A stretch of 63,585 nucleotides of DNA, the filler included, from Folioceros fuciformis (Eukaryota), in NCBI GenBank assembly GCA_049999805.1. It is 6 parts of 6 records of this genome, joined end to end, with 100 filler letters (N's around TTAATTAATTAA, not from the genome) between each part and the next. Parts side by side here need not be neighbours in the genome. Positions count along the whole stretch, not along the records: positions 47,261 to 57,979 come from JBNGIO010004557.1; positions 58,080 to 63,585 come from JBNGIO010004593.1; 4 more parts are not named here. One strand, written 5' to 3'. Each line of letters starts with the position of its first letter. Position 1 is the stretch's first letter. The notes under the pieces are model-generated. The model was not told the DNA's origin, did no database searches, and saw only the letters and a list, made by a program, of their open reading frames with translations. Of the stretch, positions 47,777 to 60,021 are shown in pieces. A program made the position numbers and the translations under genes.

Positions 47777-50700
47777 TTGTCATCTGTAGGAAGGTCTTCT
47801 ATTGGTTCACCCGTGTCAACTATAGGGTTAGGGTCAAGGGCAGGAGGAATCTTGATAGTGCCATCTACTTCCTCAGGGAAGGAGTTGGAGAGGTCCTCTT
47901 CCTCATCTGTAGGGAAGGTGACAGTATCAGGATTGTCCTCTTCAGCTACTCCCTCTGAAGAGTTGGGAGTTGTGAGGTTGGAAGTCATTGGGTGTAGTGG
48001 TTCTATAAAGGTGACACTACGTGCAAGGACCACTGCTCGGGTGTCGAAGTTATAAAGTTTGTACGCCTTCACATGTTTGCTGTATCCCACAAAAAAGGAG
48101 ACTATGAGCTCAGTCTTCTAACTTCTTACGTTTTTCTGCAGGGATATAGGTGAAGGCCTTTGATCCAAATACTCGGAGATGGCGTAAGCTTGGTTTCTTA
48201 TGCCAGAATATCTCATACGGGGTCCGTCCAGTGATGGAACTAGTGAATACCCTGTTGAGTATATACGTAGCTATAACTACAACTTCCGCCCAATACTCTT
48301 GAGGTAAGTTAGCATAGAGTAGCATGCTCCTGGTCATCCCTAATAGTGTCTGGTTTTTTCTTTCAGCAACGCCGTTTTGTTGCTGGGTATATGGGACGAT
48401 AAGCTGCCTTTGAATGCCTTGCTCTTGGAGATAGTCGTCAAATGCATTATTGATGAACTATGTCCCATTGTCACTGCGCAGGACTTTAAGGAGGCATCCA
48501 GGCATCCTTCCGATTTGCGCAATCGGAAGCCACTGCTTGAAGTGCATAAGGGTACCACTTTTCAATTGCATAGGTATAGTCCAAAAATACCAACTGAAGT
48601 CGTCTGTAAGGGTTAAGTAGTACAAGGTTCCACCCAAAGACGGCTCATGGATCATGCCTAAGATNNNNNNNNNNNNNNNNNNNNNNNNNNNNNNNNNNNN
48701 NNNNNNNNNNNNNNNNNNNNNNNNNNNNNNNNNNNNNNNNNNNNNNNNNNNNNNNNNNNNNNNNAGGACAACTTTTGCTCTGTGTGTAGCTTTGGGGAAT
48801 GGTAGCTCCTTCTGTTTGGCGAGAATGCACGATTCACAGATGGGGCGGTCCCTAAAGCAAGCTGGTAGGGGTTCTATGTGACAACCTATGCGTGCCATGT
48901 CAATGAGTTTGTGTCTGTTAGCATGACCTAGACGTGCGTGCCACAGGGATGCTAACCTTGTTGTCTTCATATTGACAGAAAAGGAGGAGTGACTTACAGG
49001 GTGAGGAGAACACCTTAGTTCTAGCCTGTACAAGTCATGGTCGAGGACGCCTCTAAATGCACATGCACCGCAAGAACCCTTCCTGTAAAAGCAGCAAGCA
49101 TCATCAGCGACACGTATCTCATACGTCCGAAGCTGCATGATCTTGCTCATTGACAGAAGATTCTTGGCCATCTCAGGTACAAATAGAACTCTAGCAACCT
49201 TCACAACTGTGTTGTCGTCGAGAATAAAGGTACATTCCCCATGTCCTTCAACTCGGAGGCTAGTGTCACTCCTCTCATCACCAAGCATGACTTTATCCTC
49301 CATTCGACACACTGTCAAACTAGAGAATAAATCTTTGTTGTTGCAGATATGTGCAGTGGCTCCTGAGTCTAGAAACCAGTCATCTCTACCATGCAATGAG
49401 GTCCTCATACAGACTATGAGTATCTTCACTGTAGCCTTAGAGTTTTCACCTTTCTCCTTGACAACAACGATCGCTGACGATCTTGTGGGCTGTGATCGCT
49501 GTGGTTCGCCACCTTTCTTTTCGTGGCACTCACGTGCCCAATGTCCAGCGACACCACACCAGTTACAATTCTTTGTCGGCTTGGGCGCTGCTGGAGGGAA
49601 TGGTGCACCATCAGCTTGACCACAAGGTGCTCTATAGACCCTTCGATTTCTTAAACCGAGCGGTAAGCACTTTGTCAACTTTACTTCTAGGTCCACCAGT
49701 TGCGAATAGGCGCCCTTGCTCTTCCTGGAAAAGAGCGCCAATAACTTCTTTGAGTTTAATGGTGACAGGAGTACCAGCAAAGGATGCCTGATGAGCAGTC
49801 CGGATGGGTTCATTTTGTGTGGAGATAAAGTTTTGGTAGGAGGGAGGGAGGCTGCTCAACAGTTGAGCAACAGCCTCTACCTCGTCCATCTTGCAACCAA
49901 GGGCAACTATTTGAGCTCGCAGCTGGTGGAGCTTGGTGACATGAGATGCCACCTTGTCTCCCTCCCTCATACGCAACCCATAGAACTCCTGCCTGGCTGC
50001 ACACAAGGTAAGAATATTTTGTACCCCATATGTGGCTGTAAGTTGATCCCAGATCTCGGAAGCACTGGTGAGATACTCGACATTAGGTACGAGATCAACA
50101 TCCAGGCCTCCGATGAGTAAGGCAAGTGCTATTGAGTTTAGTTGATCCCATTTTTGGATGTCACTGACTAACGGGGGAGGCAGTGAGTTGGGGTCAGGTT
50201 TCTTGAATGTAGTATCGACCACGCTCCATACACCTCGCGCTACAAGAGTGGACTTCATTCGAACTTTTCAAACTTGGTAACGTGTTCCATTAAATCGGTC
50301 CTTTTCCTTGAGCTTAGAAGTGAAGGATGGTCCTGCAAGACTGGGAGGCAATCCCAAGCCAGAAGCCATTGGCAAGGTGGTGTTTTGCCCGGACTACAAG
50401 TTGAGATGACCAAATTGTTTCGCAAGTTGATCTAGAGATGCTAGGTTCATGCATAAAGTGGCCTTCCTAGAGTTATGACTCGTGAAAAGGAGACACTAAA
50501 CACAACGATGCAGCGTTCGTGAGTTTTCTTGTAGGACTTTTAATACTTGGTTCGCAAGGAGGGAGGTGTTGGGTTTATGCGAGGATACACAGGGGAACCT
50601 AGAGCTATCCGTCTGTCCTAACACAGACTCAACACTAATCCCTCCTAGCAAAGCAAGGATTAGGGGCCAAGGGCTCAGCAATCCCAATCGATCGAAGGAA

Positions 50701-52054
50701 CATATGAAGGTAATCTAGACGCTTCGCTATGCAGGCCAGTCATTAATTTATGAAATAAACTCTTAATGAAAAGAAGAACCTAACTAAACCGTCTCGTGTC
50801 CAGGTCATGTGAAAAGGTGCGACCGGTGGGTTCTCCATTTTGAGGTCCTGAGATGCAAAGAGTTGCTGGCTCCCCTGCTTGATGACTACTCGAGTGACAT
50901 GGCAAATGCCGAGCGACGCTTCATCAAGGCGGGTGGCATTTCAACTCTCGCTGTCCAAGCGCTCCTGCTGTCTACAGCGGAAAAGGGTCAAAAGATGCAA
51001 TCTCTAGCGTGACAAAATATAATAAAAAGGTGTAAACCAATTACATCAAGTAATTACATTGTATTTTTGTATATATAAAGAAAGGTTAAATTAAAGAGGA
51101 AAACCACAACTAGGCTTAAACTAATTGTGAAAAGGCATGACCTTTAAAGCTAGAGACACAACCCTAGCGAAACGGTAAGTAGCTACATTAAAACTAGGTA
51201 TGCATACACACTATACGCATCTAGAAAATATAAAACCCTAAGCAATGATTCAACACACTATCCTTCATTATAGCGGGGGAAGAAATCTGGTGTTTCCTCT
51301 CCTCCCATTGGCGCCCAAGTTCAATCTCCTGCATGAGATCAACAATTTCGCTGATCTGGTATTTGATCGAACTCGCTATTGCTGTGATTGCTCGTCTTGA
51401 CAGGTTATCCAGGTGATCGATTCTAGTCTTGATCGCTTTCTTATTCAACAACACTACAGATAAGGATTTCTCAACCCTAGTGACGCTTGCAAGTAGTCTG
51501 GCGACGATGTTATGATTTCTCGTGTCGCTGGGTGCAGGGTAATCGCATGGTGGTTCAGAGTTGCAGGGGACTTGGTAATTCGCTGGCCGACTATGAGGCA
51601 GATCGAAGTCCTGCCTACTTCTGGCCAATCTCACACTGCGCAAACAATCCACCATGTGATTTCTTGCAAGCCGTCCTTGATGTAGGTTGAGCCCTCGTAT
51701 AGAGTGTCTGTTGGCGGGATCCTTTAGCGAGTCATAGTGGTTCTGCTCATGCAGATCTAGAATTGCTTATAGGGGAGCGACATGCGCTCGCGGAGGAAGG
51801 GTTCCTCCACGGCGATTGCGGCTACCATTCCTGTACCATCTATGTGGGCTTCCGCGACTCGGCATGATTCATGGAAGATAGAATCCAGAGCAGAGCTCTG
51901 ATACCATGTTTGTTTTGCTAGGAGCGAAAAGAACAAATTGCATTGTAAATCAAGAAAGTAAAAATTGAGTTTACATTTTGTTCACTATATATGTGACTCT
52001 AGGTGTCGTTTCATATTTCTAACCCTAACTAGCCTGATCCTTTCACTTTTAACA
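47777..52054 (-). mobile_element. Copia element: short LTR 51907-52054, PBS, 1.5-kb leader with extra ORF, gag, protease, integrase
   Basis: TGTT...AACA LTR; PBS at 51895-51906; gag ATG 50369 with LKEKDRFNG; CNWC..GHWAREC; WFLDSGATAHIC; WHARLGH; LRSDNG; HLRVFGS. Confidence 0.92.
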
Positions 52055-54270
52055 AAGAACGACAAGAGCGGCAAGAGCAACGAGCTCGAGAGAGAGTTGT
52101 TGTGGGCATAGGAACAGGAGACCGTCGCTATGGAGAAGGTCGAGAAGCTCGCGGATTGTTACAAACGAGAACGGGATGAGGCTTGGAGCTGGGTCAAGGG
52201 AAAGGAAAAGTCAAACGGAGCAATAGGTCCACAACCGAGGTAGCAGAAGCCGCTACCGGTAAAAGAGAAACGACGCTAGTAGAGGGAAGCCCTACCGTGG
52301 TCGGGGAAGCAGCGACAGTCGTGGGACTAGCAACCGGGGTGGTTGGAATGCTTACTCGTGCCAGGAGGACTGGATTGGAGACGGTGGCAGCTAGAGGGAC
52401 AGGAGACCCCCCCAGCACCCTTAGAGAGCAAAGAGCAAATAGTCAGGGGGTAGCCCACGGGAGGAGCGAGTAAGCACCTCATCTACAGTCGAAGGCCAGA
52501 TTGTATTAAAGCGCATGGATGAGGAGTCTTATATTCCGGGTCTCTATGTGAATGAAGACCATGTACTTAACCTTACTGTCCATGTATGTGTGGGAATAGG
52601 ACGGACTAGGGCCTACCATCTACAAGTAAGGACCAGCAGGGGATGCTTCTCCTATTGTTTCCGGGTGTGGGGGTTAACCCCCTATTATTCAGAGGCAGCT
52701 TTGGAGGAGCTCATCGAGGAAGAGGCACAGGCCTGGGTGGAGCAGGAACCAGTGATGGTCCTTAGCAACAGGCGACCAGGGGGAGAAGAGAGGGCCCCCG
52801 ACGGACCCCACCCATGCCTAGCCAGGGGAGGTTAGACATTAGTGAAAGCGAGGTGGAGGTCTTATGGGAAGACTTGCCTGACCAGCAAAGGGGGAGGAGA
52901 ACCTAGGGGTTTGGCAGCCAAGGGAGGAGGAAACAAAGGGCGGATAGGAGGAGAGCGCGGCGCTGAAATAGGCCAGAATTTATTGCATCTTAAAATGGAG
53001 CTATGATAAGATTTGATAAAGATTTTGTCTTAGAGCTGATGCCGCCCGCAATTAAGGGCACTTTGCAGATTGACCATTTTAGACCAGACTTTATGGCGGG
53101 TTGTGGCTCCCGCTCTAAAAACTTTTGTACAAAGAGGCCTGTTGGTGCCTCTCTAAGCAACTAATGTTGGAGACACTTCTGGGTTTTTATCCCCGCGTTG
53201 CCAAGGAGAGCAACACGCGCGAGAAGCTCTTAGGGAGTGTCATGAGCATTGCTCCACAACTGATGGCGAGGGGGACGAATCCGCATAACCTGCTGGCACG
53301 GGAGGGCTTTCCTCCTCTATCCCCCCGAGTTATCCGTCGTGTTCGGAATTTGAGTGGGTGCGCTAGGCTGCCGTTGAGTCGAGATCCCCACATTGCTTGG
53401 GAGGGTAACGTGCGCGAGAAGCTCCTAGGAGTGGTCAAGAACACTGTTCTGTGGCCAGTGGTGAGGGGGATGAATCCGCAGAGTTTGCTGGCACAAGAGG
53501 TCTCTCCTCCCTTATTCCCCGAACTAACCACCGCGTCCCGAAATCCTAATTGTGAAAGTGTGTGCGTGTGGTTGAATGAGTCAAAAAGGTTGAGTGAGCT
53601 ACAAAGAGATTGAGAGTGAAGAAGAAGAACTAACTGAATAAGATTGCTGGGAGATTGTTGGAAGATTGTTAGAGATTGAGAAGGATTGCTTAGAGATTGA
53701 GGAAGATTGCAAAGAATTGTTGGAGATTTGACAGGATTGGAGGCCTCTGGCACCAAGCTTGTGAAGAGCGAGGGTGCATTAGAGTTTTGCATATGTGGAG
53801 AGACTTGAGGGTGTGTGTGAGGAAGAGTTGCTGATCCGTGGAGTCTTGCCCTCCAAGGATCGGCGTTTGCATGTGTGGAAAGTATCTAATAAGACTAGAT
53901 CAGTTTGCGGGCTTGGGGCAAGAGCTCGTAGCGAAACCCCGCGGCGGCGCCTACACTAGGAAAATATTGGTTATGGGTCAGGGTGGGTCCCACCACAATC
54001 GTGGAGACCACTACCGATCTTGGGAACAGCAACCGCGGTTGTAGAGTAGGGCCCATAGTAGCTGAACTAACTAGGGGGAGTAGTAGTAGTGAGCGGGTAG
54101 GTAGTAGAAGTAGCAATAGGAGAGTCCCGACGTAGGTAAGAGTTGGTAGTAGCAGAAGTCCACGTTACTTGGCACAAATCATTTCCTTGGGAGTGAATCC
54201 TACGACTACAACGACATAGAGGGTGAATGTGGACCTCACGGTGTCCTTGGACACAATATTTCACTCCACA
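52055..54270 (-). mobile_element. Probable LTR retroelement 5' part (LTR ~53760-54270, PBS-like site, repetitive leader), superfamily unclear
   Basis: TGTG...CACA termini; TGGTGCCAGAGGC 4 nt after the LTR (plus strand 53743-53755); leader with CAATC-rich repeats and a duplicated segment (~53190-53330 and ~53386-53525). Confidence 0.65.
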
Positions 54271-54887
54271 GCCAGCTACTAGCAGCATGGCCAGCATAGA
54301 TTCAGCACAAGACGTAGCAGCAGCACCTTGGATAAAGCTCTCACTCCAGATCAAATTAGCGTGCAGTTGCAGCAAACCTTCTTCCCTCTCCACCAGGTAG
54401 CGGCATCAGGCAAGCGTATTTGGACGTGGAGCAACTCCATGTCTATAATGGACAAATCCATGTGGGCTTTTCAGGCACTGCTACCATCTCATGCTCACCT
54501 TTAAGCTCGCGCGCGCGGCCGTTCGCAGGGAAATGAGGTTTCGCGGCCTCACTCCGTGAATGGGTAACACACGCGGGTTGGCCCTTAGGATTTTTTTTAC
54601 CTTATCCTCTTTTAAGTTTAATTATCTAAATTAAGCATGAGAGGGGGTATTAAATAATAGGTTTATTATTTATAGGGTCCAGCCCTAACACATTTTCTTG
54701 TACCCTTTCCAACCCTTCCATAATTTATTCTCTCTTGTGGAAAGTGTTGTGGCTTTGACCTACGCTGATTTGTATACCATTCCTGTTTAGCCACCAAGTT
54801 CACAGCAAGTGGGTTCTATCTTGGCTTGGGCAGACTCCACTTCTTCTTGGGTTGGGCTGCCTTCAATGCTCTTCAAATTTGTTGGCG

Positions 54888-56069
54888 GTATCGCGGAAAC
54901 AGCAACCACGGTCGTGGAGTGGGAACCAGAGTCATAGAGTAGGGTCCGCGGTAGCTGAGCTAACTGGGGTTAGTAGTAGTTGAGCTAGTAGGTAGTAGGG
55001 GTGGTAGTAGGTGAGTCCTGACCTAGGTAAGGGTAAGTAGNNNNNNNNNNNNNNNNNNNNNNNNNNNNNNNNNNNNNNNNNNNNNNNNNNNNNNNNNNNN
55101 NNNNNNNNNNNNNNNNNNNNNNNNNNNNNNNNNNNNNNNNTGTGTGGAGAGTCTTGCATGTGTGTGTGAAGGAGTGTGGCTGATCCGCGGGGTCTTATTT
55201 CCCCAGCATTGGCATTTGCATGTGTGGAGGGCATTCAATAAGGCCAGATTTGTGAGTCTGGAAGACCCTAGGCAGAAACTCGTTGTGGAAACCCGCGGTG
55301 GCGCGTGCGCCGGAAAAATATTAGTTAGGGTTTTGGGTGGATCCCACCACAGTCGTGGACACAATTACCGGTCGCGGAAACAGTGACCGCGGTCGTGGAG
55401 TGGGAATCAAAGTCGTAGAGTAAGGTCCGCAGTAGCTGGTCTAACTGGGGGTAGTAGTAATAGAGCCGGTAAGTAGTAGTAGAGGTAGTAGGTGAGTCTT
55501 AACTTAGGTAAGGGTCAGTAGTGATAGAAGTTAACGTTCCTTGGCACAAATCATTCCCTTGGGAGCAAATCATACGACTACAACGACATAGAGGGTAAAT
55601 GTGGACCTCACGGTGTCTCCAGACACAAGATTTCACTCCACATAGTTCTAGGATTCAATCCCAAGGGAATGATTTATGTCAAGTTGTTCTAAATCTATGG
55701 ATTCTAGTCTTTCTACAATTAGTTCCTATCCAGGGCATAATCAACCACCGTACCTAGGTCCACCACTATCGAACCTAGCTCCACCATCATGGTAGGTTCA
55801 ACCACCTCATTGGCAGAGTTAGCCACCGTGGTGGGACCCACCCATTCGATGCACGTGTGCGTCGTGGCGTTTGGATGGCGCAGGTTTACCTGCCACACCT
55901 TCTAGGAAGCTATGGCTTATGCATGCTAATTCTCATGCACACCAAGCCACACTCATGTAATTTCACACATAGATCTCACTAGTAAGTGCACATTAAGATC
56001 GCACACACTGCAACACTGCACTCCATCATTGATTCTCACAGAGTCTCCACATAGTTTATACCCAACCCT
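54888..56069. mobile_element. Further copies of the same LTR: partial 54888-55040, near-complete 55141-55641, diverged inverted copy 55642-56069
   Basis: Shared TTGGCACAAATCATT.CCTTGGGAG...TTTCACTCCACA. The reverse complement of this block begins at ~55650. Confidence 0.7.
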
Positions 56070-57979
56070 CACTACAAGAAATGGGTAGTATATATAACGT
56101 TTTTTTGTTTTACTTTTTGTTACAATGGTCGAAAGTGTTACAACAGCTGGCTTGAGCCTTTGCCCTGGTCATCTTGTTATACTCCATTATAACACAAAAT
56201 ATCTCAATTGATTTCTACATGACTTGCACTATTCCGAACATGCTCCCCATATGGCCCCTTCTTTTGAAATACCCTCAATAGAGGGGGATTCGGATTTCAA
56301 GTACTGTGCTCAAATACCAAAGCTACAGAAATGTAGTTTATTCTCCTTGTCATTAAAAACCATTTACATAATAATTGCAACGATCCGGTCCTAGACAAAA
56401 CCCGCAGTGCACAGTTAAATGAAGGGACCATTACAATATGTATTATTCCTCCACCACAAGTGTCATGCCATTGTAGTAGCATGTGTGTCTAGTACTAATG
56501 CCGTCAGAAGCCAATTTGCTTTGCATTGCTGCCCTTGAGGAACTCCCCCTCATACACCTCGACTCTCAATGGATTAAGGAGGGTTGTGATCTGAAACACA
56601 TATGCATGTGTTCGGCCCGCAAGCAGCAAGTAGAGAAAACAACAAACCTCCAGCAAGTGTGGCTATGAACCTGTCTTGCTGAAGGTTCGGTGGTTCAAGT
56701 GCAATCCAAACGGGAGGTCCCCCTCTATTAGAGAAACCATCACGGGATTCCACTCTATACATTATGGCCGGTATTTCTCTTACATCCCTGATGGAGTCAA
56801 CACCCTGTTCATATGGCCTGAACAAGTAACACAATGTGTCTTAGTACTAGACTCGTTGGCAGAGCATCGAGGCTGGGTCTTGGCTGTTCCAACACCAGCA
56901 TGGGCATGGAGAGTGGAAAATGAATAATGTGAATCCGGCATTCATGATCAGATGGGCAAGTGGTGTGCGTGCTTTTGATTCCTCCCTCACAATTGTAGTT
57001 TGGTCAATGTTCAATGACGAACATCGAAACGTGTGTGAGTAGTTTTATTTTCATTGAGAAGAAAGCACTTGCTTTTGAAGCAGTCGCCTTGCAAAGATGG
57101 ATATGCCCACGGGGATGTATCTCCTTCATTTCGTGCATGCTATACATGGGTAGGCATGATTACCGGCCACGTTTTGTGCATGTAAAGTTGACTTGATTTG
57201 AAAGTGACGTGCTTGCTTATCTAATTTGTGGCCTCATTATCTACACGTAAAAAATCATGGCCTAATTATAATAGATTCCTCTACATGGCATGCATGCAGG
57301 ACCTGATCTCCGCGAAGTTAAGTTTGGCTCTAACTGCTTGGTAGTTTTTGTGGGTTAAGATAAGACGGAAGCCGAAAGGGCTTGGTGGTGACGGCTTCGT
57401 GTAGGCTTGACTACTCTTCATTGAATGGCCTGCATTGCGGCCTCATTATCTACACGTAAAAAATGATGGCCTAATTATAATAGATTCCTCTACATGGCAT
57501 GTATGCAAGACCCGATATCGGCAAAGTTAAGTTTGACTCTAACTACGTGGCATCTTTTGTGCATAGCAATAATCTAGAAGGGTGCTGTGGTGAGAGCTTC
57601 GCTGAGGTTTGACTATCATTCCTTTAGTGGCTCCTTGTTGTGGGACGATCTTGGCCTCGAATTTGGATTCGCATGAACTTGCCAAACCTCTACGCCTGCT
57701 CTCCCATCATGGATGCGTTTCACCTCAGCATTCAGGCTCGGACGGGCGAGTTGTGTGAGTGCTCTCGCTTTCTACCTCACATGACTAGAGTGGTTAGAAT
57801 TCATTGATGAACATGGAGACTTCTGTTGGTGGTTTTCATTTGCAGTGAGATGCATGGGAACTTCAAGCCATCCAAGGCATCTTTGGCTGCAAAGGCTTGC
57901 CTTCAAAAAGCGAATGGCGAAGAACCCAATCCATGGGGCCAATGTGGCCGTGAAGGTTGGGTTCACAAATTTAGGGAAA
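56070..57979. mobile_element. End of a CACTA (En/Spm) DNA transposon
   Basis: Canonical terminus CACTACAAGAAA at 56070-56081. Internal tandem duplication with ~210-bp period (starting ~57229 and ~57439). No transposase recognised and the other end is not in the window. Confidence 0.55.
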
Positions 57980-58079
57980 NNNNNNNNNNNNNNNNNNNNN
58001 NNNNNNNNNNNNNNNNNNNNNNNTTAATTAATTAANNNNNNNNNNNNNNNNNNNNNNNNNNNNNNNNNNNNNNNNNNNN
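57980..58079. other. Artificial scaffold linker
   Basis: N44-TTAATTAATTAA-N44. Confidence 0.97.
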
Positions 58080-58143
58080 GCCTAAAAAAACAAATCATTT
58101 CCACTTGTTTTAAAGAGGACCTAACCTTCTTTAAAACTTCCTT

Positions 58144-58256
58144 AACCTCATAATCAACAAATTAACCTTATGACCTAACCTTGTCACCTTATAATCAATA
58201 AAGTAACCTTATGACCTAACCTTGTCACCTCATAATCAACAAAGTAACCTTATGAC
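58144..58256. repeat. ~40-bp tandem repeat (about 3 copies)
   Basis: ACCTCATAATCAACAAAGTAACCTTATGACCTAACCTTGTC unit, with a partial extra copy at ~58497-58519. Confidence 0.85.
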
Positions 58257-59133
58257 AACCTTCTTTAACCTTCTTAATTTGTTGCAAATTCCTAATTGTA
58301 GACATTATTTTGTTTGGTTGTTGCTCCAAAAACATATGTGCCACCCCCCAATGGCATCTTCCACTTGAGCACGACCAAAAATAGGCGTTTCTTGATAATA
58401 TTCTTTAGAAAAAATTTCAACATCATTTTCGGGTGGAGGTTGAACAGAAGGCCATGTATCATATGCATTCGAAGTAGAAAAGATAGCACATGCATTTGTC
58501 ACCTCATAATCAACAAAGTCTTGTGCCGACATAGTAGGGGTCAATCCTTTATCCTTCTCTTGTTCCCACTTTGCTTCCTTTCTTACTCCCTCCTCTCTTG
58601 CTCTCTCATTGCTCGCTTTCTTGCTCCCTCCTCCCTTGCTCTCTCTTTGCTCGCTTTCTTGCTCCCTCCTTTCTTGCTCTCTCCTTCCTCCCTTCTCCCT
58701 TTCTCACTCCTTCCCTCTTCTCTTTGGGCCTATCCCGTGTCCAAGTCCTGCATTTAATATTAATTTATATATTATTTTATTTATATATTTTATATTATAA
58801 AAATAACATAACATTTATAGAATTGGATTGTAGCAGTTAGGAGTGCGTATTTTCATGAAACAAGTAATATATAACTTTCATAGAAAAATAACATATATAA
58901 CCTTACTCCCCAATTAGGGAGTACTTAAACTCGTAACATTTGTAGAGGTATAAGATTTAGGGAGATCACATTTAGAGAGGGTCGATTGTACAATACATTG
59001 GGCTGCATCCATTGTAGTCCCTGCAGCAGCGAATAAAGGAGAGACTTACATAGGTAGAACGAACCTCTATCCATGCACCATTGGGAAATGAAGGCATTAG
59101 TTGGGAACTATATTTCACTGTTTCGGGGTCATT

Positions 59134-59449
59134 TCTGGAATATTGCAAGGCGTCATCACCCCTAACACAACCTAAGAAAGGTGAGGTTCTGGAATATTGC
59201 AAGGCGTCATCACCCCTAACACAACCTAAGAAAGGTGAGGTTCTGGAATATTGCAAGGAGTCATCACCCCTAACACAACCTAAGAAAGGTGAGGTTCTGG
59301 AATATTGCAAGGCGTCATCACCCCTAACACAACCTAAGAAANNNNNNNNNNNNNNNNNNNNNNNNNNNNNNNNNNNNNNNNNNNNNNNNNNNNNNNNNNN
59401 NNNNNNNNNNNNNNNNNNNNNNNNNNNNNNNNNNNNNNNNNGTGAGGTA
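59134..59449. repeat. 54-bp minisatellite, at least 4 near-identical copies, spans gap
   Basis: Unit TCTGGAATATTGCAAGGCGTCATCACCCCTAACACAACCTAAGAAAGGTGAGGT. Confidence 0.95.
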
Positions 59450-60021
59450 CCCAAGGAGTCTATGAGTCCTCGGGCATACTACCCATTGACGTGATAAGTG
59501 TTGCCTACGAGTCTGGACTACCAAGTGAGGAGAACAACAATAACCTATATTAGAATTTAGAATAACCTAGTTATTAGGGAGTAGATAAGCGAAGGGACAC
59601 ACCCCTTCACCTTGACATCTTCATAAGCACACTTGTGCTCACACTTTGATGATTCTTTTTTCACTTCTTCTCTTTTCTGTTTTCCTAGCCATCATCCTAT
59701 TCCAATATGATATTAGAGCTTTGGCTCTTTGATTCGCATGGCTAGGACCAGATTATTCTACCACAATCAACAACATCTGACAAATGACGAACTTCTCGTT
59801 CGCCTATGGATTGAAATCATTGATAACCCATGGTGGCTCGCCGACTGGTTCCCACGAACTGAGAATGGCAGCTACGACAATATATGCAACGTCACATGCC
59901 TTAGATTATGCCCACGCACACATCCAAGCCTTCGTTTTGATCTAGATAAGTTAGCCGATCTTCGCTAGGGCGGGTCATAAACACCCTTAGTATTTTTCAA
60001 AATAGCAAGAAGGAAGATATG

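Noticed and set aside
15488-58079. Recurring TTAATTAATTAA palindrome (five times) as a biological motif
   Set aside because: It is always centred in exactly 44+44 N, so it is an artificial six-frame-stop spacer. Adjacency across these points carries no biological meaning.
58550-58730. Leu/Ser/Pro-rich hydrophobic ORFs
   Set aside because: These are translations of a CT-rich low-complexity tract.
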